Translations under genes and position numbers: made by a program
The notes under the pieces: model-generated
Databases searched by the model: none
What the model saw: only the letters and a program-made list of their open reading frames with translations
Told to the model about the DNA's origin: nothing
Virus record (IMG/VR): IMGVR_UViG_3300036800_000311
Coordinates: 32,001 to 96,000 of that record
Reading direction: 5' to 3' (one strand)
DNA: 64,000 nucleotides
From: a virus
Part shown: in pieces, positions 19,517 through 28,853 of the stretch
How positions within the stretch are numbered: position 1 is the stretch's first letter
How the letters are laid out: each line of letters starts with the position of its first letter

Positions 19517-19761
19517 CGCGCCCCCCGGCCCGCGCGGAGGAGGTCGACGGGGCAGTGGTGGCACCTCGCGCCGCGGAGCTCCGGGTGGCGGACGTTGTCG
19601 CCGTCGCGGCAGCCGGAGCATCCCACCCGCCGGGTGGCGGGCGTCAGGGCGAGACGAACGCCGTGAGCATCGACGTAGGCGCGGGTGGCCGCGTCGCGCT
19701 CTGGTCCGATGGGGAACCGCGAGATGTACTCGTCGTAGCGCTCCGAGGTTTGGGTGCTCAT
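19513..19761 (-). CDS. Hypothetical protein with CxxC pairs
   Basis: MSTQTSER start via ATGA overlap; CSGC..CHHC. Confidence 0.5.
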   Translation of the reverse strand: MSTQTSERYDEYISRFPIGPERDAATRAYVDAHGVRLALTPATRRVGCSGCRDGDNVRHPELRGARCHHCPVDLLRAGRGAR

Positions 19762-20015
19762 CGCCGGTCTCCGTAGCGGTAGTAGACGAACCCCCAGCAG
19801 ATCGCCGCGAAGCCCTCGGCGGCGGCGAGCCACTCCCACCACGGGGTGGTTCCGACGAGCCGCCAGGTCTCGAGGCCGCGCGTGGACCCGATCACCCACC
19901 AGACGAGGATCAGGGTCATCCAGGCCCCCGCGAGGACGGGCAGCGGCATTCCGTCGAGGAGCCAGGTCGTCGCGCACCAGCTCACGAAGAATCCCAGGAG
20001 GAGGAGCGCGGTCAT
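19758..20015 (-). CDS. Small membrane protein
   Basis: MTALLLLGFF..; 3 TM; ATGA overlaps. Confidence 0.55.
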   Translation of the reverse strand: MTALLLLGFFVSWCATTWLLDGMPLPVLAGAWMTLILVWWVIGSTRGLETWRLVGTTPWWEWLAAAEGFAAICWGFVYYRYGDRR

Positions 20016-20139
20016 CGCTCCGCCTCCTGGTCGTACGGGCCGGGACGGTCCTCCGTCCGCCAGCCGCGAGCGGCCTCCCAGGCCATCCAGGCGAGCCCGA
20101 GGAGCGGGACGGAGAGGAGCGCCGAGGTGACCAGAGCGG

Positions 20140-20388
20140 TCACGACTCGTCCCGCCTGCGGGACCGCTGGAAGTGCCGCCACGAGAAGTACCCGTAGGCT
20201 CCGCTCGAGAACGATACAAATGCCAAGGTGACGACGATGACTACCGAGGGAATAGACATCGCGCAGACCAGGTCGCTCACCGCCGCCGTCCAACCGGCAA
20301 CCGAAGCCGCTAGGTATGCCCGCGTCTCCGGACCCCACGGCTTGCGGCGCCAGGTGCGAATGCGCGGGAGGGTGACGAAGCGGGTCAT
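20140..20388 (-). CDS. Small membrane protein
   Basis: Hydrophobic; coupled to neighbours. Confidence 0.5.
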   Translation of the reverse strand: MTRFVTLPRIRTWRRKPWGPETRAYLAASVAGWTAAVSDLVCAMSIPSVVIVVTLAFVSFSSGAYGYFSWRHFQRSRRRDES

Positions 20389-20654
20389 CAGTTCGTCGGC
20401 CAGAGCACGACGGCCCTGGCCCCATCGGGTTCGTCGTAGACTTCCTCGCCGGAGAAGCCCCGGGCGCGAAGCTCGTCCGTCAGGTGGTGCAGGTGAACCT
20501 CACCGCTCCACGTTGTCTCGGGGACGTAGACGTTGTTCTCGCCCGCGGCCTCGCTGAGGGGCGAGAAGTCATTGCCCTCGCCGTCCTTGGACATCACGAC
20601 GGGATAGTCCGGGTCGCACTCGCCGAGTGCGGTGATGAGCTCGCGGACGGTCAT
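20388..20654 (-). CDS. Phage hypothetical protein
   Basis: MTVRELITALGECDPDYPVVMSKDGEGNDFSPL..AVVLWP, a common small phage protein type. Confidence 0.7.
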   Translation of the reverse strand: MTVRELITALGECDPDYPVVMSKDGEGNDFSPLSEAAGENNVYVPETTWSGEVHLHHLTDELRARGFSGEEVYDEPDGARAVVLWPTN

Positions 20655-21046
20655 CGCTTCGCGCCGATCCGCGTCGGGGAGGACGGCTCAGGCCAGAACG
20701 CGCAGGCGCAGGAGATCGCGTCAGGCTCGTCCGAGTAGAGCGCCTTGAACAGGGCCAGCGCGCGAGTCTTCGCCGTGTCGCCGTTGACGCCGCGGACGTA
20801 GGACCCGTCGCCGTTCTCCGCCCAGAGGACGACGCGATCATCGACGCGCCGCTCGTGAAGGACCCAGCCCCCGTCTCCGAGGACGACGAGTAGGCCCAGC
20901 CAGCCCTCGTCCCCCGTCTCCTCGAGGTCGGCCGGGGTGCAGGGAAACGGCGAGTGAGGCGGGTTCCGCTCCTCCCGCTGGCGCTGAACGGCCCAGCGGT
21001 AGCGGCGATCCACGGGTGGGCCGAGGATGTCGTCGTAGTCGCTCAT
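20651..21046 (-). CDS. Hypothetical protein
   Basis: MSDYDDILG start via ATGA overlap. Confidence 0.55.
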   Translation of the reverse strand: MSDYDDILGPPVDRRYRWAVQRQREERNPPHSPFPCTPADLEETGDEGWLGLLVVLGDGGWVLHERRVDDRVVLWAENGDGSYVRGVNGDTAKTRALALFKALYSDEPDAISCACAFWPEPSSPTRIGAKR

Positions 21047-21507
21047 CGCGCCTCCCCCGGGCCGATCGGGAGGTCGCAGATCGCCCGGAGGAGCGCCGTC
21101 AGGGCCGCTCCGTCCGCGATGTTCGTCCTCGTGTGCTCCATGACGTAGTCGCAGGAGTGGATGCTCCCAGGGCGGAGGTCGAAGGGGTAGGAGAAGTCGC
21201 TCGTGGCTCCGTTGACCTTGGAGACGAGGACCTGGCCCCGATGCGGGTTTCCGTGCCGGTCGTACGACCCCGAGGGCACGTACCAGTGTCCGTGGGGTGG
21301 GTTGACGCTCGAGCTGAGCTGGACCATCCAGAGCGACGGCACGAACACGAGGGCGTAGGCCGTCCCGTTGTCGGGCTGGTAGGAGAGGCCGCACGGAGGC
21401 CCTGCGCAGCCCTCCCCCAGGTGGTCCGCGATCATCCTTCCGGCCTGGCGGACGTAGTCAAGGTCCAGCCTCTCGACCTGGCCCTCGTAGGTGTCCAGGG
21501 CGCTCAT
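21043..21507 (-). CDS. Hypothetical protein
   Basis: MSALDTYE start via ATGA overlap. Confidence 0.6.
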   Translation of the reverse strand: MSALDTYEGQVERLDLDYVRQAGRMIADHLGEGCAGPPCGLSYQPDNGTAYALVFVPSLWMVQLSSSVNPPHGHWYVPSGSYDRHGNPHRGQVLVSKVNGATSDFSYPFDLRPGSIHSCDYVMEHTRTNIADGAALTALLRAICDLPIGPGEAR

Positions 21508-21980
21508 CCCTCGGCCCTCCGGATCTCCGTCTCGCCGGAGCGGAGCTCCCAGACGCCGAGGTCGGCGACCAGGCGGCGGAGGTCGGCCGTGCGGACCGCC
21601 CGCGTCTCGCCGGAGACGTGCCACTCCGGGAGCATCGGACCGTCGTACGGGGGAATCATCGTCCACACGCCCAGGGACTGGTCCAGGAAGAGGACGTCCG
21701 TCGTCGGGTCGTAGCCGCGGTCCGCGCGCCTCCCCTCGATGATCGTCAGCGACGGAGCCTTCCCGGCGCGCTCGACCGTCGCCTTCGTCCCGGCGGGACG
21801 AAGGCGAGCGGAGTCCGCAACGACCTCCCCGTCGTGGCCGAGGACGACCATCCGGCCGTCGGGGCAGGAGACCGTCATCCGGTCCTCCTGCGGTCCGACG
21901 TTCGGCGTGATCCGGACCTGCTCGTCGTACGCGCTGGCGATTCGGTCCGCCTCCGCGCGCTGCTCGTCAGTGGCTGGCAT
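21504..21980 (-). CDS. Hypothetical protein
   Basis: SD GAGGAG; GC3-rich codons. Confidence 0.6.
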   Translation of the reverse strand: MPATDEQRAEADRIASAYDEQVRITPNVGPQEDRMTVSCPDGRMVVLGHDGEVVADSARLRPAGTKATVERAGKAPSLTIIEGRRADRGYDPTTDVLFLDQSLGVWTMIPPYDGPMLPEWHVSGETRAVRTADLRRLVADLGVWELRSGETEIRRAEG

Positions 21981-22332
21981 CTCTCTCCTCGGTAGTGATC
22001 TTCTCGATGTCCTCGAACTCGTACGGGGCGTCCTCGTCCCACGGACCCGTCGCGAGCCAGCGGCCGGTGTAGCGGCCCTCGACGCCGTCGTCGAAGCGGA
22101 CCGTGACCCGCGGCGGGATATCGACGGGTTGGCCCTTGTCTCCGTCGTCTACGTTCGGGTCGCTGATCGAGAGGATCGTCCCGCACGCCTCCGCCTCGGA
22201 GAGCGGCTTGCCCGCGAGCGTGAAGACGGGATGTTCGTCGAGGTTCGCGTCGCTCCACGGCCAGCCCGCCATCGCGACGCGATCCCCCTCCGAGATCTCG
22301 GTGCCCTTGGCGTCCACGTAGGTCTCGGTCAT
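21967..22332 (-). CDS. Hypothetical acidic SH3-like protein
   Basis: DAKGTEISEGDRV pattern; coupled overlaps. Confidence 0.6.
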   Translation of the reverse strand: MTETYVDAKGTEISEGDRVAMAGWPWSDANLDEHPVFTLAGKPLSEAEACGTILSISDPNVDDGDKGQPVDIPPRVTVRFDDGVEGRYTGRWLATGPWDEDAPYEFEDIEKITTEERDASH

Positions 22333-22643
22333 GGGGTCACCGTCGCCCGCTGGGCCTGATTCAGCGCGTAGGCCGCGCCGAGGCCCTCGTGATGGAGCGG
22401 ATCGTCAACCCAGACGAGTTCGTAGCCGTCGGGGTAGTGCTCCGCGAAGCGTCGTCGCTTCTCCTGACCCGGCCCGCTCACCGGACCGAGAGGTTCGACG
22501 TAGCCGATGTCCATTCGGGCGAAGCCGTCGGAGCTGGAGCAGTGCTGACCGAGGCAAGCGCCGTCCTCCGCGAGGGCGACAGACATCACCCACTCGGTCC
22601 CCGCGCCGGAGTTGATCCAGCAGTAGATCCTCGGGGCGGTCAT
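22329..22643 (-). CDS. Hypothetical protein
   Basis: ALAEDG..LGQHCSS..YPDGYELVWVDD; ATGA overlaps. Confidence 0.65.
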   Translation of the reverse strand: MTAPRIYCWINSGAGTEWVMSVALAEDGACLGQHCSSSDGFARMDIGYVEPLGPVSGPGQEKRRRFAEHYPDGYELVWVDDPLHHEGLGAAYALNQAQRATVTP

Positions 22644-22990
22644 CGCAACACCTCCACGGTCCCGTCGGCGAAGACCTCCCAGGTCATCACCGAGTGGTCG
22701 CTGCCGCTGCGGACGGAAGAGTCCTCGCGGTCCTGGATCGGCTCGGTGACGCGCAGGTCCACGAACGCGCGGGTGTCAACGACGAGGGTACTGCCGTCCT
22801 GGTGGTAGCGCCTGGGGTGGGCGCCCAGTCCGGCGCGCTGACCCGGATAGCGGCTCTGGGCGATGGTCGAGCGGGCGTGGTCGACGGCCTCCTGCCAGGT
22901 TCCGAAGCGCTCCCCGATCGTGTAGTGGGTCGGGACCGTGAAGTAGACCGCCTCGACGAGGGTAGCCGGGTGGGTGATCGCGGTGGACAT
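22640..22990 (-). CDS. Hypothetical protein
   Basis: SD GGAGG before MSTAIT. Confidence 0.55.
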   Translation of the reverse strand: MSTAITHPATLVEAVYFTVPTHYTIGERFGTWQEAVDHARSTIAQSRYPGQRAGLGAHPRRYHQDGSTLVVDTRAFVDLRVTEPIQDREDSSVRSGSDHSVMTWEVFADGTVEVLR

Positions 22991-23041
22991 CACGCGATCC
23001 TCCGGCACCCGTCGCGGTACAGGACGTCGACCCGGGCGTAC

Positions 23042-23287
23042 TCACCCGGCGGGCAGTCCGCGCGCCAGCGCCTGGCCATCTCCAGCGCCTGGCCGTACGC
23101 GGCGTAGTAGGGCCGCGAGGCGGACCCGACGCTCGGCACCTTCTCGCGTCTGGAAGTCGATACCGATCTCGACCCAGTGGTATCCGTTCGTCGTGACGGA
23201 TACGCGGTAGACGAGATCGTGATCGTCGCTGTCCAGATCAAGGTAGTGACGTTGCTCGTTGATCCTGGTTTCAATGGTGGCGGTCAT
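23042..23287 (-). CDS. Hypothetical protein, first gene of leftward operon
   Basis: SD GAGGAG directly after the conserved promoter/leader. Confidence 0.6.
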   Translation of the reverse strand: MTATIETRINEQRHYLDLDSDDHDLVYRVSVTTNGYHWVEIGIDFQTREGAERRVRLAALLRRVRPGAGDGQALARGLPAG

Positions 23288-23293
23288 GCTGGG

Positions 23294-23337
23294 CTCCTCG
23301 TGGTAGGTGGAGGGGAACTAGCGGCAGTATACTACCT
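23294..23337 (-). promoter_or_regulatory. Conserved promoter AGGTAGTATACT + leader box CTCCACCTACCACGAGGAG
   Basis: Near-identical units at 32246-32294 and 60754-60801. Confidence 0.75.
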
Positions 23338-23513
23338 ATCCGGGCGGCGAGGGTTTTTCTTTTCGACCGCCGCGCGGTACGCTTCTCCCCGATGCTCCGC
23401 TACGCCTCAGCCCCGAAGGTCGGCCACGCGAGGGAGAACCTCGCGGGACTCGGGCTGGGCTACTCGCGGACAAGCGACCAGATCACGCCCGAGACCTAGT
23501 CCGGAGAGTCCCG

Positions 23514-24599
23514 ATGACCGCTCTCCGCGCCAAGGCGGACGAGCGGAAGGCAGGCGCTCGAACCCGCGAAGACATCACCGACGCCCTCCGGGAGTACGGT
23601 CGCCGGTACGGGCCGCACTTCACGCAGGCGAGTTTCAACCCGTCGACGGCCCGCTGGCAGGACCGCGAGGACCTCGTCCCGATCTACTACGCGGGGCGCC
23701 TCGACGGATCTCCGTGGCCGTCGCTGAACGGCATCAAGGGCGTCTTCGGGTCGTTCAGCGCCGCGCGGGTCGCCGCGGGATTCGAGCCGAACCGGCCGGG
23801 ACCGTCCGCGCGTCGCCCCGCGGGGGAGCATCGCCCCGTCCGCAACGTCCGGGTCGAGCGCGTCTACGTCCAGACCGACGCCCGGAGGGACGCCGACTCC
23901 GCGGTCCGCCGGGCGCAGGAGCGCGCCCTCGCGGCCGAGCGCCGAGCGGAGGTCGCCGTCGAGCGGATGCGCCGCGCCGAGGTCGCCCCCGTCGTCCGAG
24001 AGAAGATCGTCAAGGTCGCGGACGGCCGCCCGGAGGCTCGCCTCCAGGCGCGACTCGACGCGGAGAAGACCAAGCGTCGGGAGACGGAGAAGGCCCTGCG
24101 CGCGCTGACCCGCGAGCGGGACCGGCCCGTACCGGCGCCAGAGGTCCCCAGGGACGCCCTCGCGGCCCAGGACGCCCTGCGCGCCGAGCGGGAGACCCGT
24201 AGGCTCGCCGGGCGACTGGAGACGGCAGAGGAGCGCGTGGCGTCCCTGACCCGAGAGGTCGAGGGGCTCCGCTCCCGGCTGGCGATCCTCGCGGAGGGCG
24301 CGATGGAGGCCGACCTCGTTCGTCGGGCCGAGGCGCGAGCCGAGGCCGCGGATGCGCGAGCGGACGCCGCGGAGCGTGAGATGACGACGATGGGCGCCGT
24401 GGTGACCGGCCAAGCTCGGAGGCTGACCGCCGCGGAGATGGAGTCCCTCCGGCGCTCAGGCCCAGCCGGTGAGGTCGTACTCGCCCGCGCTCTCCGGCGA
24501 CTCGCCCGCGCTCGAGCGGAGGGCAACGGCGGGCTGGACCTCGCGCTGATGGAGATCGCCTCCGCGGCGGTGAGCTGGCGTGATCGCCTCCGGCCGTGA
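23514..24599 (+). CDS. Coiled-coil protein with N-terminal homing-endonuclease-associated repeat
   Basis: [38 protein letters not shown], then a long Ala/Glu/Arg coiled coil. Confidence 0.6.
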   Translation: MTALRAKADERKAGARTREDITDALREYGRRYGPHFTQASFNPSTARWQDREDLVPIYYAGRLDGSPWPSLNGIKGVFGSFSAARVAAGFEPNRPGPSARRPAGEHRPVRNVRVERVYVQTDARRDADSAVRRAQERALAAERRAEVAVERMRRAEVAPVVREKIVKVADGRPEARLQARLDAEKTKRRETEKALRALTRERDRPVPAPEVPRDALAAQDALRAERETRRLAGRLETAEERVASLTREVEGLRSRLAILAEGAMEADLVRRAEARAEAADARADAAEREMTTMGAVVTGQARRLTAAEMESLRRSGPAGEVVLARALRRLARARAEGNGGLDLALMEIASAAVSWRDRLRP

Positions 24600-24972
24600 C
24601 GACTTCGAGAAGCACGGCCTGAGGCGCTGGCTCTCGGATCACCCGGGGCACCCCCTCGGCCCTGGGTATCCGATGGGGAGGACCCTCCGCGAGGAGGTCT
24701 TCCACGAGCCGACGCAGGCCTGGCGCGGAGAGTCGCACCTGATGGCCTGGGAGCGGATCATCCGGGCGGATCCGTGCTCGTACTGCGGCGCGGAGGCGGG
24801 CACGATCGACCACGTCGAGCCGCGATCTCGTCCCGTCCGCGGACTCGGGGGAGCTCACTCCTGGGCGAACGTCGTCGCCGCGTGCGAGTCGTGCAACGGC
24901 AGGAAGGCCACGCGGTCGCTGCTGACGTTCCTCCGGATCCGCGTCGTCTCCGCGCCCCGGACGACTACGTGA
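24580..24972 (+). CDS. HNH endonuclease
   Basis: [29 protein letters not shown]. Confidence 0.9.
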   Translation: MIASGRDDFEKHGLRRWLSDHPGHPLGPGYPMGRTLREEVFHEPTQAWRGESHLMAWERIIRADPCSYCGAEAGTIDHVEPRSRPVRGLGGAHSWANVVAACESCNGRKATRSLLTFLRIRVVSAPRTTT

Positions 24973-25681
24973 GGACGAGGTTGCAGTCCCAGTCGTGCTT
25001 GATCGCGTACCGCTCGTCATGGTCCCCGACCACGGCGACCTCGTACCCGAGCGAGCGGACATCGTCCAGCACCCTCTCGGGATCGTCGCCTAGTTGCCTG
25101 ATGTGGTACGGCGAGAACTCAAGCACGATCCTGGGCCGGTGCTCCTTGATGATGCGACCCATACCCATCAGGGCGCGGTGGTCGGATCCCTGAGCGTCGA
25201 TCTTCACCACGTCCGCCCTGTCTACCAACTCGTCCAGGGGAAGACCCATCGTCGAGAGTCCCCTGACCGGTGCGTCGTCCTCGTGATCCCACACTCGGTG
25301 GTCGCCGGAGTTGTGAACGGAGAGGGTGAGATCGAGTCGCTGAATCGAGTCGAACGCCGCGCAGTTGAATAGGGTCGCCGGGTGCGCTCGGAGGTTCCAG
25401 GCGAGGAGCCTGAAGTTCGTCGGCGAGGGCTCGATCGCCGCTACTCGCATCCCGCTCTGGGCGGCGAGCAGTGAGAACCAGCCGACGTGCGCCCCGACAT
25501 CAACAAAGACGCCTCCCGGCTTGAACCATTCGCGGAGTAGGGCGTTCTCGGCCGAGCGATACTCGCCCGCCTCACGAACCCCTGGCGTGACCCCGACCTC
25601 TTCGCGATGGCCGGGCCATCTCATCTCGCCGAGCGACGTCGATAGGGTCTCGTAGGCGAAGAGATCGGGGTCGATTATCAC
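24965..25681 (-). CDS. FkbM-family methyltransferase
   Basis: [35 protein letters not shown]. Confidence 0.9.
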   Translation of the reverse strand: MIIDPDLFAYETLSTSLGEMRWPGHREEVGVTPGVREAGEYRSAENALLREWFKPGGVFVDVGAHVGWFSLLAAQSGMRVAAIEPSPTNFRLLAWNLRAHPATLFNCAAFDSIQRLDLTLSVHNSGDHRVWDHEDDAPVRGLSTMGLPLDELVDRADVVKIDAQGSDHRALMGMGRIIKEHRPRIVLEFSPYHIRQLGDDPERVLDDVRSLGYEVAVVGDHDERYAIKHDWDCNLVLT

Positions 25682-26058
25682 TACGGCGCGTCGCCCGTGC
25701 CGACGATCGTAAAGTCCTGGTGGCCGGTCGTGCTGGTGACTCTCATAATCGCCGTATACGTCCCTACACTGGGCGGCCGGAACGAGGCAAGGATGTTCAG
25801 GGTGGCGTCGGCGGGAAGGTCGTAAGGGAGGTAGTCGATACAGATCGCGACCGTAAACGGGGCCAGTTTAGTCCCGTCCTGAACGATCTCGACCCCAGTG
25901 ATAGTTACCGCCCCGCTGGCGGTGAGGACACCCGTCTGCTGCCCAGCCTGGGATCCTACGCTGTTACCTCCCTGACTGGCGAAGTCGAAGTGGTCTTCAC
26001 TGAGTTCCGTCTCTAGCGATAGATACGCCTCGGAGGCGTTGTACTGAATATCGGTCAT
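25681..26058 (-). CDS. Single Ig-like (ASH-type) domain protein
   Basis: SD AAAGGAGG; DF...F.P.SVGTYTAIMRVTS..IVGTG pattern; lower GC. Confidence 0.6.
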   Translation of the reverse strand: MTDIQYNASEAYLSLETELSEDHFDFASQGGNSVGSQAGQQTGVLTASGAVTITGVEIVQDGTKLAPFTVAICIDYLPYDLPADATLNILASFRPPSVGTYTAIMRVTSTTGHQDFTIVGTGDAP

Positions 26059-26205
26059 ACGTCTTCCTCCTTTGTTGAGTTAGAACTGAGCGCCCCGCGG
26101 GCGCGGCCGGTGATCGCGATCAGCCCTTAGTCGCTCCGCTCTCAAGTGCGGACCTGCCCGGGGCTCCGACGCGACTCCCGCGGGGCGTCGGGGGGGAAGG
26201 CTACC

Positions 26206-26781
26206 TCACGGCAGGAGGACCCCGATCCCGCCCCAGTGCCCCTCCACGGACGGATCGTAGATCTGGAAGTGGCAATAGCGCTGACGGACCTCCTCCCAGA
26301 GCGGGATCACGTTGTGGGCCTCCGTGTTCTCGTGGGGCATGGCGGTGTCGTGGATCGCGATGACGCCGCCCTTCCGCACGAGCGGCTCGTAGAGCTCGAA
26401 GTCCCGCCGGACGCCCTCGTAGGAGTGATCCCCGTCGATGAACAGGAGCCCGAGGGACTCTCCGCCGAGGACCCCCACGACGCGGTCGCGGGTCTCCGCG
26501 AGGTGCGAGTTGGCGTTGATGAGGGTGTAGTCGACGTCCGAGACGCGCTCCATCCTTCCCTCCAGGACGAAGAAGTCGACGCAGACCAGGTGGCCGGTGG
26601 CCAACTGAGACCAGACCCACATCGTCCCTCCCCGGAAGCCGCCGATCTCCAGGACGTTGCGGATCTCCCGGCCGCGGAGGAAGTCGATCAGCGTCGCCAG
26701 CTCGCGCGACTTCTGCATCGCCTTCCGCCTGCGGATGGCCCGATGGGCCATCCGCTGCGAGGCGGAGTTACGGACCGGCAT
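26206..26781 (-). CDS. Class I SAM methyltransferase (Methyltransf_24-like)
   Basis: VLEIGGFRGG..LFIDGDHSYEGV..LVRKGGVIAIHD. Confidence 0.9.
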   Translation of the reverse strand: MPVRNSASQRMAHRAIRRRKAMQKSRELATLIDFLRGREIRNVLEIGGFRGGTMWVWSQLATGHLVCVDFFVLEGRMERVSDVDYTLINANSHLAETRDRVVGVLGGESLGLLFIDGDHSYEGVRRDFELYEPLVRKGGVIAIHDTAMPHENTEAHNVIPLWEEVRQRYCHFQIYDPSVEGHWGGIGVLLP

Positions 26782-27336
26782 CTACGCCTTGCAGACCCAC
26801 TGGCCCGCGCCGGACCCACCGGCCCAGATCCGAGCGGCGACCGCGTCCTGCTCGGACTTCGGGGCGAGGTACGCGCCCGAGCCAGAGCCGCCGTAGGACG
26901 CCCAGGTCGAAGGGATGATCTGGTAGTAGCCGGACGCGCCCGCCCCGTTCGGAGGGAGGTTCTCCCCGTGCGACTCGCACATCACGATCGCCAGGGGTAT
27001 CGCCCAGTCGCCATAGGGGAGCGGCGGTCGCCTACGTGCCCTCCAGGCCGCGTGCAGCGTCCGCCAGAGCCTTCCGGCGGACCTCGGGGTACTAGGGGGT
27101 CGCTGGCAGCGCGCCATCCGGTGGAGCGCCGCGTAGCTGCCCCGCCGTGGGAGACGAGCGCCGCGGTAGACGATCCGCGCGGCTCGTCGGAACTGCCCGA
27201 GGGTGAAGGTGCGCTCGCAGGAGTGGCGCGAGACCACCCCGACCTGCCGTGCCGACGCGAGCCCCGCGTCGAGGGTCGTCGGAGCGAGTCCGACTGAGAT
27301 GAGGGCGACGGCCGACGCCCGCCTGAGAGACTGCAT
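26782..27336 (-). CDS. Secreted Rpf-like lytic transglycosylase
   Basis: Signal-like N-terminus; IVMCES..ASGYYQIIPSTW..APKSEQDAVAARIW..GAGQWVC. Confidence 0.85.
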   Translation of the reverse strand: MQSLRRASAVALISVGLAPTTLDAGLASARQVGVVSRHSCERTFTLGQFRRAARIVYRGARLPRRGSYAALHRMARCQRPPSTPRSAGRLWRTLHAAWRARRRPPLPYGDWAIPLAIVMCESHGENLPPNGAGASGYYQIIPSTWASYGGSGSGAYLAPKSEQDAVAARIWAGGSGAGQWVCKA

Positions 27337-27462
27337 GAGTTCGCTCTCGTCCTGCGACCGTTACCGTCGCGGCGTGACTACCGCTAGCTCCCCCTCTCAC
27401 CGGGAGCCGGACGCAGACCGGGGGCTCGCCTCCTTTGCGTGGGGGACCAGAAGGCGCGAAGG

Positions 27463-27993
27463 CTAGCGCGGTGGGCGGCTGGCGGAACGCGCGGCGGCCT
27501 CCGCGAGGCAGAACCCGCAGCGCCCCGACTCGGACGGCTCGATCATCGGGGCGGCGCACTCAACGCAGAGGACGCGCTCCCTCCGAGCGGTCCGGGGGCG
27601 CGTCCGCTGGGCGGCCTGCGGCGATGCTCCGCTTCGGCGCAGCAGGGCGCGGACGGCGTTCGACGTGACCCCGCACGCCTCGCCGATCTCCAGTGGGGAC
27701 TCTCCGTCCGCAAAGCGTCGGAGCACCTCGTCTCGCGACAGCGCGGATCGCTGCTCCCTGGTCGCGCGAGAGCAGGGCTTGCACAACGTCGGAGCCTGGG
27801 AGGCGCCATTGGAGCCGTCGGTCGGCCTCCCGCAGACGCGACACGTACCGCGGTATCGGAGCCTCAAGGCCTGATGCTTCGCTCCGTCTGGATCGGTCAG
27901 CCACATCCCGGCGGTCGAGCGCGCGACGCCCATCTCGGCGGCGATCTCGCGGGCGGTCATCCCCTCCGCCCGGAGTCCCTGGGCGATCCTCAC
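27463..27993 (-). CDS. HTH/zinc-ribbon DNA-binding protein
   Basis: GMTAREIAAEMGVARST HTH; CRVC..CKPC; second HTH; CVEC..CGFC; start uncertain. Confidence 0.65.
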   Translation of the reverse strand: MRIAQGLRAEGMTAREIAAEMGVARSTAGMWLTDPDGAKHQALRLRYRGTCRVCGRPTDGSNGASQAPTLCKPCSRATREQRSALSRDEVLRRFADGESPLEIGEACGVTSNAVRALLRRSGASPQAAQRTRPRTARRERVLCVECAAPMIEPSESGRCGFCLAEAAARSASRPPR

Positions 27994-28006
27994 GCTCTCG
28001 CGACGA

Positions 28007-28035
28007 CAGAGTCCGCCAGACGACGGCGGACTCTG
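28007..28035 (-). terminator. Perfect 11-bp hairpin (terminator/attenuator)
   Basis: CAGAGTCCGCC-7nt-GGCGGACTCTG. Confidence 0.6.
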
Positions 28036-28049
28036 AGCGTAGCCTGGCT

Positions 28050-28106
28050 CTAACTGCTGCGGATGGCTCGCATCGGAGCGCTGCCGCGGATCACGCGCTT
28101 GATCAT
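28050..28106 (-). CDS. 18-aa small ORF MIKRVIRGSAPMRAIRSS
   Basis: Strong SD AAGGAGGT; upstream TAGCCT -10; downstream hairpin. Confidence 0.45.
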   Translation of the reverse strand: MIKRVIRGSAPMRAIRSS

Positions 28107-28415
28107 CACCCACCTCCTTCCCCTGCGTCGAGTGCATAGGGCCAAGGCTAGCGCCTGGTGCGCCACGGCCTCGCCACTCGCGAGACTCGCTGGGGATGCG
28201 CCGAGCGGCGAGGCCGAGCGCGGGTCGGAGGGTACCCACTAGGCATTCCTCCTACGCGCCCGTATAGTTCTCCGCAAGCCATCCGGTCGCCGAGCCCTCT
28301 CTCCCGGCGATCAGGGGCCAGAGGGAGGGACGCTTCGGCGTCCGTTGTCCGCGGAATGCCGAAGCGTTCCCCCGCGCCCTAAAGGCATCCTCGCGGGCGG
28401 CCGATACCCGGGGTC

Positions 28416-28565
28416 ATGAGAACCTCAGACCATCAGCCACCACGGATCACCACCCCGATGCACGTCCTCGCCTGGCAGGTCCTTCACGGACCCGCGGATC
28501 AGGTCGGCGCGTTCGCCGACGCGCTCGCGCAGCTCGTCCTAGAGGCCGGAGAGGCGGCGGGATAG
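28416..28565 (+). CDS. 49-aa hypothetical protein
   Basis: MRTSDHQPP..LEAGEAAG*, GC3-rich codons; no clear SD. Confidence 0.4.
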   Translation: MRTSDHQPPRITTPMHVLAWQVLHGPADQVGAFADALAQLVLEAGEAAG

Positions 28566-28853
28566 CCTCACGAGGTAACCCCTTGGCGTACGTACTTCTA
28601 TCCCGAAAGGGCGGTAGCGGCCTCCCGAGTCATCGTCCCTCGGGCTTCTGTAACCGAATCCCTACTACGGACGCGAAGTTCCTACCTCGTTACGCTTGCT
28701 ACCCCAGGTCGAGTGATCGGTCCGCGCGCCAGTGTTGCCGCTCGTCCGGCCCGAGCTCGATCCAGTCGCGTGCTGATATCCGCCGTAAGTGACTGCCTGT
28801 AGCCGCGCTGACGGTCCGCTGGGTCTGTTCGGAAAGTGGTCCCCCGGCCGTTC
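28566..28853. ncRNA. Candidate structured non-coding RNA downstream of HNH gene
   Basis: About 290 nt without a credible ORF, with nested inverted repeats (see findings). Confidence 0.45.

Noticed and set aside
27337-27460. c-di-AMP (ydaO) riboswitch upstream of the Rpf-like gene
   Set aside because: Conserved ydaO segments not found; kept only as an unassigned structured leader
28566-28853. RNase P, rRNA fragment, tmRNA or group I/II intron identity
   Set aside because: Only short chance-level resemblances; diagnostic motifs absent
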